A DNA stretch of 5,476 nucleotides from a virus (Duplodnaviria; Heunggongvirae; Uroviricota; Caudoviricetes): IMG/VR virus record IMGVR_UViG_2737471828_000001; one strand, 5' to 3'. Within the stretch, counting starts at the first letter, position 1. Each line of letters starts with the position of its first letter. Shown piece after piece: positions 1 to 5,476 of this stretch. Position numbers and translations under genes: made by a program. The notes below the pieces were generated by a model. The model was not told the origin of the DNA. It saw nothing but the letters and a program-made list of their open reading frames with translations, and ran no database searches.

Positions 1-203
1 CGTTGTCACAGGACAGGCTCGCCATTCAGTTGATCCGCGAACGCGGTGCACTGGATGACATCCGGGCGGGACGCATTGAGCGCGCCATTTCACGCTGTCG
101 CAATATCTGGGCGTCCCTGCCGGGTGCCGGTTACGGTCAGCGTGAGCATTCACTGGAAAAACTGGTCACCGTCTGGCGTACCGCTGGCGGTGTACCGGCT
201 TAA
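1..203 (+). CDS. K: Endolysin, lambda R-type (lytic transglycosylase family), 3' fragment; gene continues upstream of the window (codon phase begins at nt 3)
   Basis: The ORF is open to the window start and ends at TAA 201-203. The translation ...NIWASLPGAGYGQREHSL... closely matches, from memory, the C-terminal region of lambda R / P2 gpK endolysin (lambda R: ...NIWASLPGAGYGQFEH...). Its position immediately upstream of lysA matches P2 order. Confidence 0.85.
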   Translation, partial: LSQDRLAIQLIRERGALDDIRAGRIERAISRCRNIWASLPGAGYGQREHSLEKLVTVWRTAGGVPA

Positions 204-217
204 ACGGAGTAAACACC

Positions 218-643
218 ATGAAGAAATTATCCCTTTCACTGATGCTGAATGTGTCGCTGACGCTGATGCTGGCACTGTCCCTGATTTACCAGCAGAGCGT
301 GGCCGTCAATTTTGTCGCCGCCTGGGCGATTCTGGCGACGGTTATCTGTGTGGTTGCCGGTGGTGTCGGCGTGTATGCCACGGAGTATGTACTGGAACTC
401 TACGGGCGGGAGCAGCCACCGGAATCGCTGGCCGTGAAGATTGTCTCGTCGCTGTTTTTGCAGCCGGTGCCGTGGCGCAGACGGGCGACGGCTCTGGTGG
501 TGATGGTGGCGACGTTTGTCTCGCTGATTGCTGCCGGGTGGATTTTTACCGCGCTGATTTATCTCATGGCGTCGCTGTTCTTCCGGTTGGTACGTACGGC
601 CTGCCGTCAGCGTTTTGAGGGGCGGGAACCATGTCAAAGCTGA
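218..643 (+). CDS. lysA: LysA-like lysis accessory membrane protein (141 aa, several predicted transmembrane segments)
   Basis: ATG at 218 is preceded by GGAG (206-209, 8-nt spacer). The 141-aa length matches P2 LysA (from memory). The translation is dominated by hydrophobic stretches (LMLNVSLTLMLALSLIY, AAWAILATVICVVAGGVGVY, ALVVMVATFVSLIAAGWIFTALIYLMASLFF), consistent with a polytopic inner-membrane protein. The 3' end overlaps the lysB start by 13 nt. Confidence 0.85.
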   Translation: MKKLSLSLMLNVSLTLMLALSLIYQQSVAVNFVAAWAILATVICVVAGGVGVYATEYVLELYGREQPPESLAVKIVSSLFLQPVPWRRRATALVVMVATFVSLIAAGWIFTALIYLMASLFFRLVRTACRQRFEGREPCQS

Positions 644-1056
644 TGACTGTGCTGGTTGTGTTGTTATCGCTGGCGGTGGCTGGTCTGTTTCTGGTGAAAC
701 ACAAAAATGCCAGCCTGCGCGCCTCGCTGGACAGGGCGAATAACGTCGCCAGTGAACAGCAGGCGACCATCACCATGCTGAAAAATCAGCTTCATGTTGC
801 CATCACCAGGGCAGACAAAAACGAGCTGGCGCAGGTTGCACTGCGTCAGGAACTGGAAAACGCCGCGAAGCGTGAAGCACAGCGCGAGAAAACCATCACG
901 AGGTTACTTAATGAAAACGAAGATTTTCGCCGCTGGTATGGCGCTGACCTGCCTGATGCTGTGCGCCGGTTGCACCAGCGTCCGGCCTGCACCGACGCCA
1001 GTGATTGTCGCCAACGCCTGCCCGAAAGTGAGTCTTTGCCCGATGCCGGGCAGTGA
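631..1056 (+). CDS. lysB: LysB, i-spanin (Rz-like): N-terminal transmembrane anchor plus charged, likely coiled-coil periplasmic domain
   Basis: ATG at 631 is preceded by GAGG (617-620). The N-terminus LMTVLVVLLSLAVAGLFLV is a single transmembrane helix, followed by a charged helical region (ELAQVALRQELENAAKREAQREK). The 141-aa length and position match P2 lysB. Confidence 0.85.
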   Translation: MSKLMTVLVVLLSLAVAGLFLVKHKNASLRASLDRANNVASEQQATITMLKNQLHVAITRADKNELAQVALRQELENAAKREAQREKTITRLLNENEDFRRWYGADLPDAVRRLHQRPACTDASDCRQRLPESESLPDAGQ

Positions 1057-1201
1057 CCCGCAGACGAACGGCGATTTAAGTGCCGATATCCGGCAGCTTG
1101 AGAACGCGCTGGCACGCTGTGCCAGCCAGGTAAAAATGATTAAACACTGTCAGGACGAAAACGATGCTCAAACCCGACAGCCTGCGCAGGGCGCTGACTG
1201 A
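911..1201 (+). CDS. lysC: LysC, o-spanin (Rz1-like outer-membrane lipoprotein), encoded in the +1 frame inside lysB and extending into R
   Basis: ATG at 911 is preceded by GAGG (900-903). The N-terminus MKTKIFAAGMALTCLMLCAGC|TSV looks like a lipoprotein signal, with a lipobox-like L-C-A-G-C and candidate acylated Cys at codon 21 (nt 971-973). The mature part is proline-rich (RPAPTPV...CPMPGSDP) with conserved Cys residues. The 96-aa length and embedded arrangement match P2 lysC. The six-frame track ORF 794..1201 contains this as an internal start. Confidence 0.8.
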   Translation: MKTKIFAAGMALTCLMLCAGCTSVRPAPTPVIVANACPKVSLCPMPGSDPQTNGDLSADIRQLENALARCASQVKMIKHCQDENDAQTRQPAQGAD

Positions 1202-1631
1202 TGCCGTCACGGTGCTGAAAACCAGTCCAGAGATGCTGCGGATATTCGTGGATAACGGGAGTATTGCCTCCACACTGGCGACGTCGCTGTCATTCGAAAA
1301 GCGTTACACGCTCAATGTGATTGTGACCGACTTTACCGGTGATTTTGACCTGCTCATCGTGCCGGTGCTGGCGTGGCTGCGGGAAAATCAGCCCGACATC
1401 ATGACCACCGACGAAGGCCAGAAAAAGGGCTTCACGTTTTATGCGGACATCAACAATGACAGCAGCTTTGATATCAGCATCAGCCTGATGCTGACTGAGC
1501 GCACGCTGGTCAGTGAGGTTGACGGCGCGCTGCATGTGAAGAATATCCCGGAACCCCCGCCGTCGGAGCCGGTCACCCGCCCGATGGAGCTTTATATCAA
1601 TGGTGAACTGGTGAGTAAGTGGGATGAATGA
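1164..1631 (+). CDS. R: Tail completion protein R (155 aa)
   Basis: ATG at 1164 is preceded by AGGA (1152-1155). The 155-aa length and position after lysC match P2 gpR. The 3' end overlaps the S start by 8 nt (ATGAATGA). Confidence 0.9.
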   Translation: MLKPDSLRRALTDAVTVLKTSPEMLRIFVDNGSIASTLATSLSFEKRYTLNVIVTDFTGDFDLLIVPVLAWLRENQPDIMTTDEGQKKGFTFYADINNDSSFDISISLMLTERTLVSEVDGALHVKNIPEPPPSEPVTRPMELYINGELVSKWDE

Positions 1632-2076
1632 GTTTAAGCGTTTTGAAGACCGGCTGACCGGACTGATTGAGTCGCTGTCACCGTCAGGGCGTCGGCGACT
1701 GAGCGCCGAACTGGCGAAACGTCTGCGTCAGAGTCAGCAGCGCCGGGTGATGGCACAGAAAGCCCCGGACGGCACACCCTACGCACCACGCCAGCAGCAG
1801 AGCGCCAGAAAAAAGACCGGTCGCGTTAAGCGAAAAATGTTTGCGAAACTTATCACCAGTCGTTTTTTGCATATCCGCGCCAGCCCGGAACAGGCATCAA
1901 TGGAGTTTTACGGCGGGAAGTCACCGAAAATCGCCAGTGTGCATCAGTTCGGTCTGTCGGAAGAAAACCGGAAAGACGGTAAGAAAATTGATTATCCGGC
2001 GCGTCCTCTGCTCGGCTTTACCGGTGAGGATGTGCAGATGATTGAAGAGATTATCCTGGCTCACCTCGACCGTTAG
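1624..2076 (+). CDS. S: Tail completion protein S (150 aa)
   Basis: ATG at 1624 overlaps the R stop. The 150-aa length and position match P2 gpS. The ORF ends at TAG 2074-2076 and is followed by the only sizeable intergenic gap in the window. Confidence 0.9.
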   Translation: MNEFKRFEDRLTGLIESLSPSGRRRLSAELAKRLRQSQQRRVMAQKAPDGTPYAPRQQQSARKKTGRVKRKMFAKLITSRFLHIRASPEQASMEFYGGKSPKIASVHQFGLSEENRKDGKKIDYPARPLLGFTGEDVQMIEEIILAHLDR

Positions 2077-2142
2077 TTGTGCCATTCCTGACACCTCATC
2101 GTCACATTGCCGCCGGTATGACCCGGCGGCATCCTTCCCGTT
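2077..2142 (+). promoter_or_regulatory. S-V intergenic region: probable site of the late promoter for the V-W-J-I-H operon and/or the end of the upstream lysis/R/S transcription unit; contains a GC-rich hairpin at 2108-2131
   Basis: This is a 66-bp non-coding gap in an otherwise overlapping gene block. It holds an inverted repeat TGCCGCCGG / CCGGCGGCA (9-bp stem, 6-nt loop TATGAC), a TGT(2078-2080)-N10-ACA(2091-2093) dyad, and a TATGAC -10-like hexamer at 2117-2122. P2 is known to carry a late promoter (P_V) upstream of V. Confidence 0.35.
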
Positions 2143-2778
2143 ATGAACACTCTCGCAAATATTCAGGAACTCGCGCGCGCACTGCGCAACATGATACGCA
2201 CCGGCATTATCGTCGAAACCGACCTTAACGCCGGTCGCTGCCGTGTGCAGACCGGCGGCATGTGCACCGACTGGCTTCAGTGGCTGACCCATCGCGCCGG
2301 ACGTTCGCGCACATGGTGGGCACCTTCCGTGGGGGAACAGGTGCTGATTCTGGCCGTTGGCGGTGAACTCGACACGGCGTTCGTTCTGCCGGGGATTTAT
2401 TCCGGCGATAACCCTGCGCCGTCTGCGTCGGCTGATGCCATGCATATCCGTTTCCCTGACGGGGCGGTGATTGAGTATGAACCCGAAACCAGTGCACTCA
2501 CGGTAAGCGGAATTAAAACGGTCAGCGTGACGGCTTCTGATTCTGTTACTGCCACGGTGCCGGTGGTCATGGTGAAAGCATCAACCCGTGTCACCCTGGA
2601 CACACCGGAGGTGGTCTGCACCAACAGGCTGATTACCGGCACGCTGGAAGTGCAGAAGGGCGGGACGATGCGCGGCAACATTGAACACACCGGCGGTGAA
2701 CTCTCATCAAACGGGAAGGTACTGCATACCCACAAACACCCCGGCGACAGCGGCGGCACAACCGGGGGACCTCTATGA
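2143..2778 (+). CDS. V: Baseplate central spike protein V (211 aa)
   Basis: The translation MNTLANIQELARALRNMIRTGIIVETDLNAGRCRVQTGG... matches P2 gpV from memory, as does the 211-aa length. The C-terminus carries HTHKHPGDSGG (HxHxH, nt 2725-2739), the apex motif of this spike family. There is no obvious Shine-Dalgarno sequence upstream. Confidence 0.92.
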   Translation: MNTLANIQELARALRNMIRTGIIVETDLNAGRCRVQTGGMCTDWLQWLTHRAGRSRTWWAPSVGEQVLILAVGGELDTAFVLPGIYSGDNPAPSASADAMHIRFPDGAVIEYEPETSALTVSGIKTVSVTASDSVTATVPVVMVKASTRVTLDTPEVVCTNRLITGTLEVQKGGTMRGNIEHTGGELSSNGKVLHTHKHPGDSGGTTGGPL

Positions 2779-3122
2779 CTGCGCGTTATCTCGGAATGAA
2801 TCGCAGTGATGGCCTGACTGTCACTGACCTTGAGCATATCAGCCAGAGTATCGGCGATATCCTGCGCACACCTGTCGGCTCACGGGTGATGCGTCGTGAT
2901 TACGGCTCGTTGCTGGCGTCAATGATTGACCAGCCGCAGACTCCGGCGCTTGAGTTGCAGATTAAGGTCGCCTGTTACATGGCAGTGCTGAAATGGGAAC
3001 CCCGCGTCACCCTGTCATCCGTCACCACTGAGCGCAGTTTTGACGGGCGAATGACGGTCACGTTAACCGGCCAGCACAACGACACCGGCCAGCCACTTTC
3101 GTTAACCATCCCTGTGAGTTGA
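2775..3122 (+). CDS. W: Baseplate wedge protein W (gp25/TssE-like, 115 aa)
   Basis: ATG at 2775 overlaps the V stop (ATGA) and is preceded by GGGGGA (2764-2769). The 115-aa length and position match P2 gpW. Confidence 0.92.
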   Translation: MTARYLGMNRSDGLTVTDLEHISQSIGDILRTPVGSRVMRRDYGSLLASMIDQPQTPALELQIKVACYMAVLKWEPRVTLSSVTTERSFDGRMTVTLTGQHNDTGQPLSLTIPVS

Positions 3123-3126
3123 AACC

Positions 3127-4035
3127 ATGCCGATTATCGACCTGAACCAGCTACCCGCACCGGATGTGGTCGAGGAGCTGGACTTTGAAACCATTCTCGC
3201 CGAACGCAAGGCGACACTGATTTCCCTTTACCCGGAAGACCAGCAGGAGGCGGTCGCCCGTACCCTGACGCTGGAATCTGAGCCTCTCGTCAAACTGCTG
3301 GAGGAAAATGCTTATCGTGAGCTTATCTGGCGTCAGCGTGTGAATGAGGCCGCACGGGCTGTGATGCTGGCCTGTGCAGCCGGTAATGACCTTGATGTGA
3401 TTGGTGCCAATTACAACACCACGCGCCTGATTATCACTCCGGCAGATGATTCGACCATCCCGCCGACACCGGCAGTGATGGAATCTGATACCGATTATCG
3501 TCTGCGTATTCAGCAGGCGTTTGAAGGTTTAAGCGTCGCCGGGTCGGTGGGTGCCTATCAGTATCATGGTCGCAGTGCTGACGGGCGTGTCGCGGATATC
3601 TCTGTCACCAGTCCGTCTCCGGCCTGCGTCACCATCTCTGTGCTGTCACGTGAGAATAACGGTGTCGCATCCGAAGACCTGCTGGCGGTGGTGCGCAACG
3701 CCCTTAATGGTGAGGACGTCAGGCCGGTGGCCGACCGCGTGACCGTGCAGTCTGCCGCCATCGTTGAATACCAGATAAACGCCACGCTTTACCTTTACCC
3801 TGGTCCTGAAAGCGAACCCATCCGCGCTGCTGCCGTGAAAAAACTGGAAGCGTACATCACGGCACAGCACCGGCTGGGGCGCGACATCCGTCTGTCTGCC
3901 ATTTATGCCGCTTTGCATGTGGAAGGCGTGCAGCGTGTCGAGCTGGCCGCACCACTGGCCGACATTGTGCTCAACAGTACGCAGGCGTCTTTCTGCACCG
4001 AATACAGCGTCGTGACCGGAGGCTCGGATGAGTGA
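3127..4035 (+). CDS. J: Baseplate assembly protein J (gp6/TssF-like, 302 aa)
   Basis: ATG at 3127 lies 4 nt after the W stop. The 302-aa length matches P2 gpJ. Conserved synteny W-J-I. Confidence 0.92.
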   Translation: MPIIDLNQLPAPDVVEELDFETILAERKATLISLYPEDQQEAVARTLTLESEPLVKLLEENAYRELIWRQRVNEAARAVMLACAAGNDLDVIGANYNTTRLIITPADDSTIPPTPAVMESDTDYRLRIQQAFEGLSVAGSVGAYQYHGRSADGRVADISVTSPSPACVTISVLSRENNGVASEDLLAVVRNALNGEDVRPVADRVTVQSAAIVEYQINATLYLYPGPESEPIRAAAVKKLEAYITAQHRLGRDIRLSAIYAALHVEGVQRVELAAPLADIVLNSTQASFCTEYSVVTGGSDE

Positions 4036-4639
4036 TTCGCGCCTGCTGCCGACCGGCTCATCACCGCTTGAAGTTGCCGCCGCAAAAGCCTGTGCGGAAA
4101 TTGAAAAAACGCCGGTCAGTATTCGTGAGCTGTGGAACCCGGACACCTGCCCGGCAAATCTGCTGCCGTGGCTGGCGTGGTCATTTTCGGTTGACCGCTG
4201 GGATGATAAGTGGCCGGAAGCGACAAAACGCGCTGTTATCCGCGATGCGTATTTCATTCACTGCCATAAGGGCACTATAGGCGCAATCCGGCGTGTGGTG
4301 GAGCCGCTCGGCTATCTGATTGAGGTGAGGGAGTGGTGGCAACTCAATGAGGAGCCGGGGACGTTCCGCATCGTTGTTGGTGTGCTTGAGCAGGGTATTA
4401 CCGAGGAAATGTATCAGGAGCTGGAGCGCCTCGTTGCTGATGCAAAACCGGCGAGCCGCCATCTGACGGGACTGGCTATCAGTTTAAGTACAACCGGCAA
4501 CATTTTTGCCGGTGCGGGATGCTATCACGGTGACGCCCTGACGGTTTATCCCTACACCCCGGAGGCCATTATTGTCGGAGGGGATTATTTCCCGGCCTCG
4601 GCCATTCATTTAATTGATAACCTGAGAGTAAACGCATGA
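4028..4639 (+). CDS. I: Baseplate / tail protein I (203 aa)
   Basis: ATG at 4028 is preceded by GGAGG (4018-4022) and overlaps the J stop by 8 nt. The N-terminus MSDSRLLPTGSSPLEVAAAKACAEIEKTPVSIRELWNPDTCPANLLPWLAW... matches P2 gpI as I recall it. The stop TGA 4637-4639 overlaps the H start (ATGA). Confidence 0.88.
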   Translation: MSDSRLLPTGSSPLEVAAAKACAEIEKTPVSIRELWNPDTCPANLLPWLAWSFSVDRWDDKWPEATKRAVIRDAYFIHCHKGTIGAIRRVVEPLGYLIEVREWWQLNEEPGTFRIVVGVLEQGITEEMYQELERLVADAKPASRHLTGLAISLSTTGNIFAGAGCYHGDALTVYPYTPEAIIVGGDYFPASAIHLIDNLRVNA

Positions 4640-5476
4640 CAGTGAAATACTACGCCATTCTGACTAATCAGGGCGCAGCACGGCTGGCTAACGCGACGAT
4701 GCTCGGCAGTAAGCTGAATCTGACGCAAATGGCCGTTGGTGATGCGAATGGTGTCTTGCCGACACCAGACCCGGCACAGACAAAACTGATTAACCAGAAA
4801 CGCATCGCGCCGCTGAATCTTCTGAGTGTTGACCCGAATAACCAGAGCCAGATTATTGCGGAGCAAATCATCCCTGAGAACGAGGGCGGATTCTGGATCC
4901 GTGAGATTGGGCTTTATGATGATGAAGGCGTACTCATTGCGGTGGCGAACTGCCCGGAAACGTACAAACCGCAGTTACAGGAAGGCAGTGGTCGTACCCA
5001 GACTATCCGCATGATTCTGGTTGTCACGAATACCGAAGCCATCACGCTGAAAATCGACCCGTCGGTGGTACTGGCGACCCGTAAATACGTGGATGATGAA
5101 GTCCTGGAATTAAGGCTGTATGTGGATGACCAGATGAGAAACCACATTGCCGCACAGGATCCTCATACCCAGTATGCACAGAAACATAATCCGACATTTA
5201 CCGGAGAACCAAAAGCGCCGACGCCTGATGCAGGAAATAACACCACGCGGATTGCGACCACTGCGTTTGTACAGGCGGCTATTACCGCTCTGATTAACGG
5301 CGCGCCAGCCACGCTGGACACACTGAAAGAAATTGCCGCGGCCATTAACAATGACCCGAAATTCAGCACCACCATTAACAATGCGCTGTCAGGTAAGCAG
5401 CCACTGGATGAGACGCTGACTCATTTGAGTGGAAAGGATGTTGCCGGTCTTCTCGCATACCTTGGTTTGGGAGAAG
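4636..5476 (+). CDS. H: Tail fiber protein H, N-terminal ~280 aa (3' partial; ORF open to the window end)
   Basis: I translated the frame from ATG 4636 by hand and found no stop to nt 5476 (MTVKYYAILTNQGAARLANATMLGSKLNLTQMAVGDANG...GFWIREIGLYDDEGVLIAVAN...). The region 5206-5476 encodes ...PKAPTPDAGNNTTRIATTAFVQAAITALINGAPATLDTLKEIAAAINNDPKFSTTINNALSGKQP...LLAYLGLGE, a close relative of the conserved tail fiber segment of lambda Stf (...NNTQIANTAFVLAAIADVIDASPDALNTLNELAAALGNDPDF...LEYLGAGE), a segment of the kind shared with P2 H. The six-frame track omits this ORF only because it has no stop in the window. Confidence 0.88.
   Translation, partial: MTVKYYAILTNQGAARLANATMLGSKLNLTQMAVGDANGVLPTPDPAQTKLINQKRIAPLNLLSVDPNNQSQIIAEQIIPENEGGFWIREIGLYDDEGVLIAVANCPETYKPQLQEGSGRTQTIRMILVVTNTEAITLKIDPSVVLATRKYVDDEVLELRLYVDDQMRNHIAAQDPHTQYAQKHNPTFTGEPKAPTPDAGNNTTRIATTAFVQAAITALINGAPATLDTLKEIAAAINNDPKFSTTINNALSGKQPLDETLTHLSGKDVAGLLAYLGLGE

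Noticed and set aside
46-618. 190-aa + strand ORF in an alternative frame across the endolysin 3' end and lysA
   Set aside because: It is out of frame with two genes that have strong support. The translation is Cys/Gly/Arg-rich and looks like an alternative-frame artefact.
236-637. 133-aa minus-strand ORF antisense to lysA
   Set aside because: Extremely Arg/His/Gln-rich translation, typical of the reverse frame of a hydrophobic membrane-protein gene.
794-910. Upstream extension of the lysC frame (track ORF starts at ATG 794)
   Set aside because: The extension (MLPSPGQTKTSWRRLHCVRNWK...) has no signal-peptide character and would bury the lipoprotein signal internally. The ATG at 911 has an SD and gives a proper signal peptide and a P2-like 96-aa product.
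2108-2131. GC-rich hairpin as a Rho-independent terminator for the upstream operon
   Set aside because: The stem is strong but the downstream sequence (TCCTTCCCGTT) is not a U-tract, so I did not call it a terminator. It is kept only as part of the regulatory region.
1921-2445. 174-aa minus-strand ORF spanning the S-V junction
   Set aside because: Antisense to S and V. The translation is Arg/Ala/Gly-rich and low-complexity, and it would run through the intergenic hairpin. Most likely a non-coding artefact.
2397-2837. 146-aa minus-strand ORF antisense to V/W
   Set aside because: Overlaps the conserved V and W coding regions, with no independent signal of its own.
3646-4257. 203-aa ORF on the minus strand, antisense to J and I
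   Set aside because: It lies entirely within well-supported + strand genes in a region of about 60% GC, where long antisense open frames arise by chance. It has no recognisable start context and its Arg/Ser/Gly-rich composition is typical of a spurious frame.
5342-5393. 12-bp direct repeat CCATTAACAATG at 5342-5353 and 5382-5393 within H
   Set aside because: A short repeat inside the coding sequence, encoding similar peptide motifs (AINND / TINNA) in the tail fiber linker. It is too short and isolated to indicate a repeat array or recombination site.
1-5476. Search for CRISPR arrays, tRNA/ncRNA genes, IS elements, integrase or att sites, and defence-system gene clusters
   Set aside because: No spaced direct repeats, no tRNA-like structures and no transposase- or integrase-like ORFs are visible. 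Coding density by known phage structural and lysis genes is essentially complete.

Overview
This window is a contiguous, single-strand (+) block of late genes from a P2-family (Peduovirus-like) enterobacterial phage or prophage. It runs from the 3' end of a lambda-R-type endolysin gene, through the lysis accessory genes lysA/lysB/lysC, tail completion genes R and S, baseplate genes V, W, J and I, into the 5' part of the tail fiber gene H (open at the window end). Gene order and protein lengths follow the P2 late region with no inserted cargo, so I find no evidence of a novel or undescribed system here, and no defence island, CRISPR array, RNA gene or mobile element. Family and length comparisons to P2 are from memory, not from a search. 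The features worth a second look are: the out-of-frame o-spanin gene lysC embedded in lysB and overlapping R; the 66-bp S-V gap (the only real intergenic space) with a GC-rich hairpin and a possible late promoter; a drop in GC content at the I/H junction with a possibly extended gene I, consistent with tail fiber module exchange; and an HxHxH motif at the C-terminus of the V spike.
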